A DNA stretch of 64,000 nucleotides from the human T2T-CHM13v2.0 reference genome, Homo sapiens, in the NCBI RefSeq assembly GCF_009914755.1, contig NC_060926.1. One strand, given 5' to 3'. Below, one piece after another: positions 14,580-31,829 of the stretch. A program made the position numbers and the translations under genes. The first letter of the stretch is position 1. Every line of letters starts with the position of its first letter. The notes under the pieces are model-generated. The model did no database searches. It was given only the letters and a program-made list of their open reading frames with translations, and was not told where the DNA came from.

Positions 14580-15960
14580 TTTTTTTGTTTTAAATAGTGT
14601 GTGATTTTGTCAAATGCTTTTTCTGTATCTATCATGTATTTTTTTGTCCTTTATTGTATCGAGATGGTATTTTACCCTGACTTATTTTTGAATGTTAAAA
14701 CAAGCTTGTATTCCCGGGACAAATCGTTGGTCATGGAAAATAATCAGTTCTTTTCTATATATTGCTGGATGTAGTTTGCTAATATTTTGTTTAGAAATCT
14801 TGCATTTATATTCATAAAGTATTTTAGTGTGCAGTTTATTTTCCTATGATGGCTTTGTTTGGTTTTGGTATTAAGGTAATTTTGGCCTCACAGAATAAGT
14901 TGGGAAGTGCTTGCTCTACCTTTTAATTTAATTTTATTTTTGAATAGTTTGTGAAGGATTGATATTACCATTTCATAAACATTTGGTAGAACTCACCAAT
15001 GAAGCCATCTGGGCTTGGACTACCCTTTGTGAAAATAATTTTATTACAAATACAATTTCTTTAATTGTTATTGGTTTATTTAGATTTTGTATTAATTCTT
15101 GAGTCATTTAAATTAGATTATGTCTTTGAGGAGTTAATTTCATCTAGGTTATATAATTTGTGGACATACACCATTTTTAGGTACCTGAAAATTTGTTAGT
15201 GCTGCTATTCCTTTTCATTCCAATTTTAGTAATTTGAGTCTTTGTTCTTTGTTTTCCTATTTCATCTATCTAAAGGTTTGTCACTATTTGTTGACCCTCT
15301 TGAAGAATTACACATCTTTTATTTCCTGGTTTTCTCTATAACTTTTCTAATCTTTATTTTATTTATTTCTACTCTAATTTTTATTATCTCCTTCCTTCTG
15401 CTTTTTTGACTAGAATTTGCTCTTCTTTTTCTAGTTTCTGAAGATAGTCATATTATTGATTTGGATTTTTAAAAATATGGACATTGGCAGCTATACTTTT
15501 TCCTCTAAGTGCTATTTTATCTTTATCCTCTAAGTTTTGGTATGCTTTGTTTCTATTTTTTAAATCTCACAATATTTTCTCATTTTTCTTTAACTTATTC
15601 TTCAATTCATTTGTTATTTAGGGAGTTTATTAATTTTCACATATTTGGGATTTTTCCAAATTTTCTTCTGTAATTGATTTCAAATTTCATCCCATTTGGG
15701 CCAAAGAACATACATTGTATGATCTCAGTCATTTACATTTATTGTGTCTTGTTTTGTAAGCCAATGGATAGTTTAAGAATGTTCCAGGTATGGTTGTTCC
15801 ATGGGTGTCTTTCAGTTCTGGTTTGTTTTTAAGATTGATCCTTGTAATCTTCTGCTTAGTTGTTCCATCTACAACTGAGAGTGAGGTACTGAAACCTCCA
15901 ACTATTGTTGTCAAATTGTTTACTTCTCTATCATTTCTGTGTATTTTTGCTTTATGTTTT
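13675..15960 (-). mobile_element. Old L1M ORF2 fragment (host element; resumes at ~19635-19950)
   Basis: Antisense ORF2 motifs such as 'gattatgtcatctgctaatagag' and 'gtactgaaacctccaactattgttg'; ORF 15729-15914 is an endonuclease remnant. Confidence 0.85.
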
Positions 15961-16649
15961 CAACTTATTTTTTATTTTTTGATTTTTTGATACACAATAG
16001 AAGTACATTTAGAGTAAACGATAGTCACTCTCCTTATCTCTCAAAGAGTAGATCTTATTTCTTCTACCAAACTAAGTATTTGTACCCACTAATCAACCTC
16101 TCTTTGTTACTCCTCACCCTCTATCTTTCCTGGCCTCTGGTAAACCACCAATCTACTCTCTACCTTCATGAGATCCACTTTTTTAGCTCCCATTTATAAG
16201 TGCGAACATATGACATTTGTCTCTCCGTGTCTGGCTGATTTCACTTAACGTAATGACCTCCATTTCTGTCCATGTTGCTGCAAATGGCAGGATTTTATTC
16301 TTTTTTAAGATTGAATAATATTTTATTGAGTGTATATACCACATTGTCTTCATTCTTTCATCTTTTTATGGGTGATTAGATTGATTCCATATCTTGACTA
16401 TTGCAAATAGTACTGCAATAGACATGAGAGCACAGATACTTCTCTGATGTATTGATTTCCTTTAATTTAGATACATAGTCAGCAGTGAAATTGCTGGTTC
16501 TTGACCCTAACTTGGATTTAAATAATGTAAAAGAAATCTTATTTTTATCTTATAATTGGCACTTATTATCAAGTGCTGATAAAAATATTTTCATTTCAGG
16601 TGATATTAAATTCTACTCTAATGCAAAAGATAAAGGAATGGTATCAATG

Positions 16650-16830
16650 AAAATGACGGAGTGAGGGCATCAGCAAATTACGTCCTCCATAAAGGCAATT
16701 TTAAAAACTGGCAAAAATAATCAGGGTCAACATTTTTAGAACTTGAAAAATTAGCCAAATGCTTTGAGGAATCCACAAAGTGTTTATTCAAAAAACAAAC
16801 AAAAAAGGTGGAAGTTTGGTAAGAACTGTA
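16650..16830 (+). mobile_element. Old L1M 5' UTR fragment
   Basis: 'aaaatgacggagtgagg...ctccataaaggcaat...ggcaaaaataatcag'; similar to the L1M 5' end at 40740-40865. Confidence 0.6.
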
Positions 16831-17394
16831 AGTGGCTGTACTAATTTATAGTCCCACAAACAGTAAATGAGCATCCTTCTTTATCTACATCCTCAGCAGT
16901 ATCTCTTATTTTTTCTTTTTGAAAAAAAGAAATTCTCTAACTAGGGTTAGAGAATATCTCATTGTTTTGATCTGCATTTTTCTGATGATCAGTCATGTTA
17001 AACCTTTTTCATACACCTATTTGCCATTTGCATGTTTCCTAGTGAGAAATGTCTATTTAATCTTTTGCCCAGTTCTTAATCAGATTTCTTTTCTATTGGA
17101 CTGTTTAAGCATCTCATATACTCTGGTTACTAATTACTTGTCAGATTGACAGTTTGCAAATACATTATTCAACTCCATGGCCTTTATCTTCAGTTTGTTG
17201 ATGGTCTTGTTTGCTAGACAGAAGCTTTTTAGCTTAATGTAATCCCATTTATCTGCTTTTGCTTTTGCCTGTGATTTTGAGGTCTTAAAAATAATCTTTG
17301 CCCAGACCAATGTCCTGGAGTGCTTCCCAAAAGTATACTTCTAGTGTCATAGTTTTATATCTTAGATTTAAGTCTTTAAGTCATTTTGATTTGA

Positions 17395-17912
<518 letters not shown>

Positions 17913-20059
17913 AATGTTTCTGTTTTTATGCCAGGAACATGTTGATTTGGTTACTATAGCATTGTAGTAAATTTTGAAGTCATATAGTGTGATGTCTCCA
18001 AGCTTTGTTCATTTTGCTCAGGATTGCTTTGGCTACTGGGTTTTTTGTGGTTCTATATCAATTTCAGGATTTGCTTTCTATTTATGTGAGAAACATGAGT
18101 ATTTTGATAGGGAGTGAAATTGATTTATAAATTGTTTTGGGTAATATTGTCATATGAATCAAATTAATTTTTCTAATTAATGAGTATGGAATAGTTTTCC
18201 TTTTTTCTGTCCTCTTCAATTTCTTTCATCAATGTTTTACAGTTTTTCTTGTATAAATCTTTTACTTCTTTGGTTAAATTGATTCCTAGGTGTTTCATAT
18301 TCTCTGTAGCTGTTGTAAATGGTAATTTTTTTATTTCTTTTTCAGATCATTCTCTGTTGGCATATATAAATGCTACTGATTTTTGTATGTTTATTTTCCA
18401 TCTTGCAACTTTACTGCATTCATTTATCTGTTCTAAGAGTTTTTTCATGGCATCTTCAGGGTCTTTTTTAAGTATAACATTATGTCATCTGCAAACAAGG
18501 ATAATTCAGCTTCTTCCTTTCCAATTTGGAATATTCTTTAATTCTCTTGCTTAATTGCTCTTGCTAAGACTTTCAGTACTATGTTGAATAAAAGTGGTGA
18601 AAGTAGGCATCCTAGTCTTGATCCAGATCCCAGAGGAAAGGCTTTCCATTTTTCTCCATTGAGTAAGACGCTAGTTGTCATTTGCCATATTTGGCTCTTA
18701 TTATTCTTAAGTATGCTCATTCTATACCCAGTTTGTGGAGGGATTTTATCTTAAAGAGATGTGGAATTTCACTGAGTGGTTTTTTTAGCATTTATTTAAA
18801 TGATCGTACGTTTTTTGCTCTTGCTTAGTAATGTAATTATTGATTTATATATGTTGAGCCATCCTTGCATCCCTGGAATGAATCCCAGTTGATTATGGTG
18901 TAAGATCTTTTTAATGTGTTGTTGAAATTGGTTTGCTAGTATTTCGTTGAAGATTTTTGCGTCTATGTTTATCAGTGATACTGCTCTGTAGTATTCTCTT
19001 TTTGTGTGTCCTTGTCTGGTTTGGGTATCAGAATAATGTTGGCCTGGTAGAAGAGGTTGGGAAGTACTCACTCTACTGCAATTTTTTAAAAGAGTTTGAG
19101 AAGAATTGGTATAATCTCTTTTTTAAATATTTCATAGAATTCAACAATAAAGCCATAAGGTCTTCCTTTGATGGGAAAATTTTTATTATGACTTCAGTCA
19201 TAATAAAGGTACTCATAATAATATTATTCACTATTGGTTTGTTGAGGTTTTCTATTTCTTCATGGTTCAAACTTGTAGGTTGCATGGGTTCAGGAATTTA
19301 TTCATTTCTTCTAAGTTTTCAATTTATTAATTTATAGATGTTTGTAATAGTCTCTAATGATTATTTGTATTTCTGTGGTCTCAGTTTTTATGACTCCTTT
19401 TTTGGTTTCTGATTTTATTTAGGTCTTCTCTCTTATTCTGGCTAAAGATTTGTTGAATTTGTTTGTCTTTTCAAAAAACAACTTTTTTTAATTGATCTTC
19501 TGTATTATTTTTAGTCTAATTTTTATTCATTTCTGCTAAGATTTTTATCATTTGTTTTCATTTACTCACTTTGGGTTTTGTTTATTCTTGCTTTTCTAGT
19601 TCCTTAAGGTGCATTGTTAGATTGTTTATTTTGTTTCTGATTTCTGTAGCTAGGCATATATACATTTATAATTGTTATAACTTCCTGATGAGTTGAATCA
19701 CTCATCATTTTATAATGTCTTTGACTTCAGTAACAAATTTTGTCTTAAAATATATGTGTCTGTATTAGTATATCTAGCTCTATTTTGGCCACTCATGGTA
19801 TATCCCCTTCCTTCACTTTAATTTCAACGTATTGTGTCTTTGAATATAAAGTATCTCTTTTAGAGAGCATATAGTTAACCATACTTTTAACCATTCTGCC
19901 AATCTCTAAATTTTTAATTTTTGTAATATTTTTATTAAATGTAATTATGATGATATAATTAAAAATAACCAGGATAAATTCAATGGGATAAAATCAAAAC
20001 TACTTGGAATGGCATATTGATCAATTAAAATCAATATTTCATAATTCTGTTTTATTTCC

Positions 20060-22710
<2,651 letters not shown>

Positions 22711-23187
22711 TTCTGTCGTTAGAGACAAGTATAATTAATAAATATAAAATATGGTATTCTCCTATTTCCACAATGATCAAGAACAAATTCTTCAATTTTA
22801 TGTTTTTATTATGTCCTCTCTCCCGAACTTCACTCCTATCATTTTCCTTTCTTGGGAATCTTGGTGAAGGAGTTTTGCAAACAACATTAAATTTCAGAAT
22901 CTGATTTTGGAAATTGTTGACAAGATTCTGGCTAGTTTCAGACATTTGAAAGCTTTGTTCTGAGTGAAATAATTTATGAATCCTCATCTTTTACACTAGT
23001 TCATTGGTATTTAAAACCAATAGGATTAAGTGATGCCCCTTTGTTGGTGGCCAAAGATGAAATCTGGAATTAAAGATATTTTTACCTTTCCTCCACCATT
23101 CAGGGACCAATGAAAATTATAGATAATCTGGGATAAATCTCTCATAACGTTACTATTTGATTATGTATTACAAGCTTCCCCTGCTTT

Positions 23188-23232
23188 TCTCTCTCTCTGT
23201 CTCTCTGACACACACACACACACACACACACA
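23188..23232. repeat. (CT)n(CA)n microsatellite
   Basis: Directly visible. Confidence 0.95.
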
Positions 23233-26114
23233 TTCTTTCCTAACCAGCAATCAGTGTCTTAACACAATAAAAACTGTTCTTCTTTTCACGGTCTTTAGTT
23301 CTAATGCAGAAAGATTTAACACTATGTATAGAGAGTATTTCTTTCTCGAAAAAAATGTGGCAGCATTTTTTATGATGTTGATATAGTTACCTATTTTAGA
23401 AATGTTAAGACCAGTCTTGATATAGATTTGAAATAGTAGTTAAATAATACACTAAACATATATATCCATGAATGTATTTCCTCAGGAATGTTAATAATAG
23501 AACATTTACCCTGGAACATTGGATAGATAACTCTGCGATAAAGATCATTAGACATTCGGCTGCAATGATCTTTGCCTACCTAGAGAATTTGTTCAAATGC
23601 TTATGTATGCATCTGTAGAAGATCCTGCAATGTTGCTAAACTGTTCAAACCCAAGGTGACCAGTACATTTTCCACTAAGTGAAAAATACTGAACTGGATG
23701 ATGACTCAGATTTTCTCTCAATCTTAAGTCTCTATCATTTAAAATAAGTCTGGGCGTCTAGGGTTATGAGATCAAATTGTGTTTCTTTGTCACTGGAAAT
23801 CCCCACTTCAAACCTTAAGAACAAGCCATTCAAAAGCTTGCACTGAGGCAACACACTTAATAGGAAAGCATGACTTTATTTTGGCATGATTCATCTTCAA
23901 ATCAGGTCAGTGATTTAGATTTGAATGAGTGGATTGTTCATGGGCACCGGATCAAATTAGACTTTCATTTATTTTAAGAAATTCATTAGACCAATTATGA
24001 CAACCACAGAGGGATGTCTTATGACTGAGAAGTGAAAATTATAAGAACAATAATATCCATTGTTAAGTGTGAGATGAAAATTTCTGTGTAGCTTGCTCAT
24101 TAACATCTGCTTCCTTTTACAGAAATGATTTTTATGTAATGTAAATGGCAGGTAAAAAACACTGAACCAAAACATAATTACCGAGTTTATAACATTCTGG
24201 TAAATGCAAATCGTTTATAAAATAAAATCAGGTCAGAAAATTTAAAGGAAACTGAAAATACCAAATTTATTTTTTAGCATTATGTTATATATTGTGGAAA
24301 TACACTAATTAGGTTTCAAATAAATAGAAACAAGAATCAAATTATTATATAGTTGGCGTTTTTATAGCCACACACTTACATTTTAGATAAAAATACTTAC
24401 TAAACACTTTATGAAAAAGTGATTGGGATTTGGAGTCTGACTCATTTATATCTGACTCCATTACTGTTTTTCTTTGGGCAGCTTCCATAGATTATGGTCA
24501 TCTTAATTTAATCATTGGTGAAACAGAGGCAATTGTGCTTATTTTTTTAACAATTCAATTAAAAATGATATGTGTGAAGTGTGAAGTATTTTGCATACTA
24601 TGTATTCTCTTTAAACTTTAGTTAATTTAATATCATATAACATAATTAGGCACAATTTTAGAGAAAAATAATTGACATTCTTTTTTTTTTTGGCAAACCT
24701 TTCGAAATACAGCAATGCAAAGGTACACTACTCACAAAACAACTTTTCATTTGTTGTGGTTCACCATTCCCTTGTAACTTAACTCTCTCCCTCCATGAAA
24801 AGCAAAGAATACAAAAGGATTTTAACAAACAATATTAGTATTAGCTTCCTTAGAGTTTATATTTTGTTATGACTGAAATGTTCCATTCCAGCAGAAATAT
24901 TTAATCATTTTTTTCAGACTGAAAAACAACCTACTAACAAATCTGCAGCCCTCTCAGGAGTGTTATATAGTTTCAGAAATTTTTTTTAAATTTGGTTTAG
25001 CAATTCATGTTTTTTCATGCTTATCACATCCAAGCTACTGAGACAACTAGAAAAAGAAACTTTTGAGTGGCCTCATTATTTTCCCTTAGCTAGTATGTCA
25101 GATTATGGAAATGGCTTGATACTTGGCTGGAATTAAACTATCTAATAAAAAATATACATTACTATACATATTTCTCAATTCTGGTGATGTTAGTGAAAAT
25201 GTTTGTACAAACAGCTCTTGTAGTACAATTATATTGTATATAGTTGAGTTGAATAATCTCATAATCTGATTACTAGGTTTATAAATCTGATTACTATGTT
25301 TTGTTTTATCATGAAGAAGAAAAACTAAACAGCCAATAACTATATAAGTTCAAGTTACCGAATGAGGTAGCACTGGTTTCTCACAAATACTATTCTGTGA
25401 TTGAGTGCATATCATTCTGTCAAGACTACATTTATAAAATCATCAAAATTTATATAAATATTTTATTAATATTAATCTAAAGGAGGCTTCACAATTAAAG
25501 AACAATATGATCTCAATCACAGGTTCAAAGGGATTGAACTGCCATCAGCTTAAATTTTTCTGAAACTAAATAAAATTAGAGCTTTGTTGAGGATGATAGT
25601 GATTGATGATGATCATGATAGAATTGTTAGATGGGCCACATATAAAAAGAAAAAAAAATTAAACAGAGACTATTTGTGCTCCTTTTACAACTGTAGACAA
25701 CTGTTCAACTTCCTTTTCCTTAATGTGCTGTTTATGAGTGAGTCAATAACAGCCATCACTGACTTCTGAGTCCTTTACAACTAACAAAGAAGCTGTGGTT
25801 TTCATTGATCCTACCCTTGGGTAAGCCTGTGAAATTGGAAAGTTGTTTAAAAAAATTCAGTAACACCAAAAACTGCATAAGTAGCCAAGGCTATAATCAG
25901 AAATCACATTTGCATGCAGGTTTCTCTACTGGATTAACTTGTCAAGGCTGTACTAAAAACCAACCTACACACTCATGGATCTTTTCATAGGAACTGAATA
26001 GTATCTTTAAACAAACTAGACTCAGCATCCCTGTTGTACCTTAGAACTTTGTCTAATTACTTGTAGCAAAAGAAGACAAGGTGGGACAGACCAGAGGATC
26101 AAGACCCTACACTC

Positions 26115-26413
26115 GGCTGGGCACTGTGGCTCATGCCTGTGATCTCAGTGCTTTGGAAGGCTAAGGTGGGTTGGATGGCTTGAGGCTGGGAGTTCATGAC
26201 CAGCCTAGGCAAAATGGGGTAAACTTCTCTACAAAACAGTTCAAAAGTTAGCCAGGCCTGATGGTGTGTACCTGTAGTCCCAGCTACTTGGGAGGCTGTT
26301 GGGATGATTAGTTTGGGACTAGGAGGTCAAGGCTGCAGTGAGCCATTATCATGCCACTGTGTTCCAGCATGGGCAAGGAAGTGAAACTCTGTCTCAAAAA
26401 AAAAAAAAAAAAA
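26115..26413 (+). mobile_element. AluJ
   Basis: J diagnostics 'gcttgaggctgggagttc' and 'ggaggtcaaggctgcagtgagcc'; TSD AAGACCCTACAC at 26101-26112 and 26414-26425. Confidence 0.93.
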
Positions 26414-26768
26414 AAGACCCTACACCCTGTAGAACAGAAAACATTGCAGAGACACCACTACTTCAGATAAACAGTTGGAAACTCTAAGACAGAGTAGAGA
26501 GTACTCTAGGAAGAAAAAAAAGGATATTAGCCAAGAATACAAGGCCACAGAGAGACTATGAGTCTCTTCGTAAATGTTATAAGACAGACCAATTGAGAAA
26601 GGAAAGTTGTCCCTCCTCATTATAGGACAGGGGTGCTCAGCACTTTGCAAAAATAGGACCTCAAACATAAGGCTTACAATATAATTCAAGGGCAAATTTA
26701 AAAATTGATATGCTGCCTTCTATGCCATTGCTGATGATAGAGGATTTCATATTTGCTATAATTTAGAC

Positions 26769-26957
26769 AAGGGGTCAGCAAATTTTTTCTATAAAGAGCC
26801 AGAGAGTAAATATTTTAGATTTTGTGAGCCATATTGTCTCTGCCACCATAGACAGTTTGTAAATGAATGGACTTGGCTGAGTTCTGATAACATTTTAGTT
26901 ACAAAAACTGGAGAATGGACCAGGTTTTGGCAGTGGGCTATCCTTTGCAGACTCCTG
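26769..26957 (+). mobile_element. MER58A (hAT-Charlie MITE)
   Basis: 'ggggtcagcaaattttttctataaagagccagagagtaaatatttta...tttgcagactcctg'; 8-bp TSD atttagac/atttaggt. Confidence 0.88.
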
Positions 26958-27084
26958 ATTTAGGTGCTAGAACATAAATTTTACTAGTCATATGATGACT
27001 TAGATCAATATTAGTTAGACTGATGTGGTCAGCATAATTCTGTGCTCGATTTTAGATCCAGTGGAAGTAAGTGCCAGGATTGGG

Positions 27085-27285
27085 GGCTACCACACCCTCT
27101 TTCTTCTCTGGCCTCATCTCCTACTGCCTAACCTCTTGGTTGCTCCATTCATTCACACTGGTTGTACTGTTTTTCAAAGATCCAGGCAAGATATGATTTC
27201 TTTAATAGATCTTGGTGTTACTTCTGTCCAAAACAGTCTCCTCTGAGATATCCTCCCTTAAATATTTGTTTAAATGTCCTTATAT
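27085..27285 (+). mobile_element. L2 fragment
   Basis: 'ctctggcctcatctcctactgc...cattcacactgg' resembles the L2a 3' region. Confidence 0.5.
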
Positions 27286-27487
27286 TTGTAAGGGATGCAT
27301 CAGAAAACAGATTTCATCCCAGACATTCAAATGGATATAATTTAATCCATAAGATTAGAGAAAGATGTAAAAAGTGGCACAAGAGCAGGAAGCAAGGCTT
27401 AGAGGTAGAGTCACAGTACTCTGGGATAAGAGACCAAGGGGAGAGTCACAGTAGTTGAGTGCAGATTAAGAGTGGAATAGACAGTGG

Positions 27488-28152
27488 TGAAGGGGTAGAA
27501 AGGTGTGAGATATCTTTCTTCACACATCATAGGTCATGGCTGTCACTCCTGTAACAAAAGACAGAGATTAACAAGAGAAAAGGATAGCAATTTATTTAAT
27601 CAATTTTTTACATGACACAGGAGCCTTCAGAAATGAAGACCCAATGACCCAGGGGGAACTGTCTATTTTGATGCTTAGGCTCCTGAAGAATGGGTATCCA
27701 CGTAGAATGTTGACTGGACAAAAGTGTATAATCCGTTGGTAACAGACTGAAGGGGGAAACACAATAATGCCTTTCTATTCAAATATTTATTAGCCTCTTT
27801 GTGTAGGGTTTCTTCCTCCTAGGTATGGGCAGGACCTTCCTAGAATAAGTGTCTTCAAGGGAGAAGGGAAAAAAGTTAGAACGAGCCTTCTAGGTTTTAT
27901 GGCTTGCTTTGGAGAAGAATTTTTGTTTCCATGATGTGCCTTGGGAAAGAAGAATTTTATTTTCTATGATCCACCTTGGAGAAGAGGAATTCTGAGTTCC
28001 ATGACTGACTTCAGCAAAGAAAGAGAAGAAGGAAACAGGAGAATAAGAAGTCAGAAAGACCTTGCTTCTGAGGTCCTTCCAATCTCCTGTAGTTCAAAGT
28101 ACTCAGCACACCAGGTACCAAATTTTAGGGTATTGTGTTCAGAGCCCTAACA
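27488..28152 (-). mobile_element. ERV1 solo LTR, MER34/MER39 group
   Basis: TG...CA termini; reverse complement starts 'tgttagggctctgaacacaatacccc...gctgagtactttgaact'. Confidence 0.8.
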
Positions 28153-28199
28153 CTGACCTCGATTTGGGAAAAAGTAGTGTAGATGAACACGTGGAATCA

Positions 28200-28950
28200 G
28201 GTGGAAAGAAGATGTATTGTTATCTTACATCAATGCCCATCAGAGAACACCTACTGAAGAGCAGACACTAAACAACAAAGTGGATGGGATGTCTTTTATC
28301 CAGCAAATGCCAGCTAGTATCTCTCCTTAGCTGCTCATAGTGGAGGCGCTCATAGTGGATGTAGCCAAGGTGGCTGCTGGCAACCCAACAGCATAGGCTC
28401 CCTCTCATCCAGGTTTCTATTGTGGCTGCAGAATATCCATCCTGTCATCATCAGAAACCATGACCTCAACAGGACACTGTTCTATGGGGAGGCCAACCAG
28501 CCACTTGGTTGCAAGTTGAGCATTTAGGATCATTCCAAAAAGGGGAGCAGTTGGTTTTGAGTAAGGCTCATGTAAAATTTGCTTTTCTTGCTAACAATGG
28601 CTAGGACCACACTACTACTTAAGGATAGTATTGTTCACAGATATATTGACATGGGACCCTGTATTATATACTCACAGGCAAAGAAACCTGTTTTATGGTG
28701 AAAGAGGTGTGTTAATGGACACAAGACGATTGCATACTAAACCCCATATCACCCAAAGAGGTGAGGCCTGAGAAAATTTAAAGTGAAGCTAAGCATAAAC
28801 TTGGAAATAATATGCATGGGATTGTAGTGTTGTCCTTTGAGATGCAGAATGTGTGTTGACCTGACGGTCATTTAACCATTAAGATAGACTGTATGAGTCC
28901 AAGAACCAAAGAGTAAAAAGTGGAGTGACCTTATTTTCATGACTCTGAGA
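28200..28950 (+). mobile_element. Decayed ERVL-class pol remnant (RNase H end / integrase)
   Basis: 'tacatcaatgcccatcag' encodes YINAHQ (cf. HVNAHQ) and 'ccagccacttggttgcaagttgag' encodes PATWLQVE (cf. PATWWQVD); many stops and frameshifts. Confidence 0.75.
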
Positions 28951-31453
28951 AGCCCAGTGCTTAAGCTTCCATGAGCCAGCCAGGGACTAGTCCGGAAAAT
29001 AGATATTTCTTGGGAATGTGGAAGGTTTGAGCAATCTCATCTATTGGGTTAACCCTCCTTTGCACAGTTATTTAGAAATGTAGAGGTAAATACCAGGTGA
29101 ACACCAAAAAAAAAAAAAAAAAAAAAAAGAAAGAAAATGGAGACGCGTTTGCTTTTATGTGATAAAACTAAGGAAATGGAAAGGGTTCAGCACAGTACTC
29201 CTTGTGTAGGTAATAATTCTTATAAATGACAAAGCCAGAAGGCATTAAGTTTTAACCATACATATATGCAGTTATGTGTTTCTCTAATATACATACTCTA
29301 CATTATTTTCTCTTGCATATTGTTGATGTAAATTAACATCTTCTTTAAAATGCTCTTCTTTCTTACCATAATTAAATTTAAAAGAGAAAAAACAGTTCCC
29401 ATGCCAAATTATTTTAATATGTTTACCACACTAGCAATTTTCTAGATGTTTTCTCATTGCTTTCTTCATTCTGCTTCCATTTATGCACAATATATTATTT
29501 TTATGGAAGGCCAAAACCATACTTCAGCACTTTAGCATGTGTCAAAACTTTTCCGAATATTTTTAAACAAGTAATCAATGTGTGCTATTTAATTAATCTT
29601 CATTAAATATTGGTGTCCTATGCTTTTTAAGCAAAATTGCTTAGATATTTGATATTATCAACACTAAGTTACAAAAACCTTTTTAGAAAATAAGTATGTT
29701 GTTAGAAAGTGTGTCAATAGAAAAAAATTCCATTCGAAGTCTTTCTTTTGGCTAAATGCAACCTATAATCTAAGACTCTGCCACACTACTTGTCAGAATG
29801 TCAAACATTTGCAACTGAAAAGACACTAGTTATGTAGAAAAATAAAAGTAATGAAAATGTAGCTATGTAAATCATACTGTCAGAAAAAGTCTTTTGTTGT
29901 TTTTTTACTAGCATATCATTTTTTTTGCCAGCAAATTTTATTTAGCATTAGATAATAAAATATTCATTTGCCACAAAGGAAAGCAGTGCTTTTGATCTCT
30001 TCACAGTGAAAAGTTTCTATTCTGTAATGGAGTAAAGCTCTAACTAGATTCCACAAAAGTATTATGAAAGTTTGTTCATGTCCATTTTAAATTAAAAAAA
30101 GAAATAGAGAACAGCTATTGTGGCTTGATGACATATTTTTAAATTTTTTTTTATAATTAGCAATTATTATTTTACAGTCTTTTTCTCGTTTTGTAACATT
30201 TATTCAGCCTTCTCTAAGAATAAAAAGACTAAAAGAAACGGGCCTTCATCATTTTAATATTTATATTCAAATGTGAAAAAATAAGGCTGAAACTTTTGAT
30301 GATAACACACAATATTTTAATTCTGCTGCTATGCATTATGGTACAGGTCAAAATAGATTTCTAGAGCCAAATATTTATTGCAGAAAATAGTTTTGTCCTA
30401 ATTCCAAGGACAGAAGTTCTAATGATATACAGACTCATCTAATTGCTATAAAATGCTAAAACTTACACACATTGAAAAAAACAGGTAGGTTTCTTAAGAG
30501 AACAGGATTGCTGGCATGTTGAATAGTTTTGTATTTTTTTGTTCTTTTATTTTTATTACTTTTGAAATTAATTGTTTCTTTCTCCCAGGTATTCACCTGG
30601 TATCTAAGCTAGTGAGTGTAATAAGAATAAATACAAGCTTGAGGCAATAAACGAACTCTGGGAAACTATAAATGCTGGCACGCCTTTACTTCTTATGAAA
30701 GCCAACCACCTGAATGATTAACTAAACCACCTCAAAGCAAGAAGAGAAATATTTATTGGAATTTCAGATGTAAAATGTTATCACAGAAACAGCAAATGCA
30801 ATCCCCGTTTAGTTCAATGTACCATATCTTAATTCCAAAAGGTTTCCTTCATGGAAAGAAAAAAATAACCACTTCAGATATGTTACAGAAATTAAATCTC
30901 CAGTAACCAGTGACTTCATAATGCCAAAGTTTGTGAAGAGTGAAATTATTTTCTTCTGTTAGTGTATGTTTTAATAAATAAATGATTTTTCTTTTCATTT
31001 GGCAAGGCAGGTGAAAGAAGCATAAAATGCAACTTAGGAAAATAGAGCCAAATGAAATTTACATAAATGAACAAAAAAGCCTCCACTGTTGACCAATATT
31101 TGTGAAATAGTTTAGTATAATGTCATTCTGTTCTTGTTTCATGAGTCTCTCGGAAGAAGAAAATTATCTCACTTTATTTCCAGGAAGAAAATATTCATTT
31201 TTATTTCAGGACATTGGATTATTACAAAATGTAGGCAAGCAAACAAGTATTTTCTGGTATTATTGAGTTGGCTTTGGGGTCATGAAAACGACTGATGCAA
31301 ATTAATATCACTAGAAATCATTATAAAAAGCAACTTGACCATGTCACTGTGCATAGTAGTGTTGCAGCAAAATAAATATAGCTTTGCTTAACTCTTACAG
31401 ATTTTTTGTATCTTTTGACAAATAACTACAGCAGGAAACAAGGAAGGAATTCT

Positions 31454-31780
31454 TTTCTTTTCTTTTTTTTTTTTTTTTTTTTTTTTGAGACGGAGTCTCG
31501 CTCTGTCGCCCAGTCTGGAGTGCAGTGGCGCCATCTTGGCTCACTGCAAGCTCCGCGTCCGGTGTTCACGCCATTCTCCTGCCTCTGCCTCTGGAGTAGC
31601 TGGGACTACAGGCACCCGCCACCACGCCTGGCTAATTTTTTGGAGTTTTAGTAGAGACGGGGTTTCACCGTGTTAGCCAGGATGGTCTCTATCTCCTGTC
31701 TGGATCTCCTGACCTCACGATCCGCCCGCCTCAGCCTCTGAAAGTGCTGGGATTACAGGCGTGAGCCACCGTGCCTGGCC
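31454..31780 (-). mobile_element. AluY
   Basis: Y diagnostics, long T tail, 13-bp TSD AGGAAGGAATTCT at 31441-31453 and 31781-31793. Confidence 0.97.
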
Positions 31781-31829
31781 AGGAAGGAATTCTAAAATAA
31801 CATTTACTCTTTCTTATTTTACAACATCA

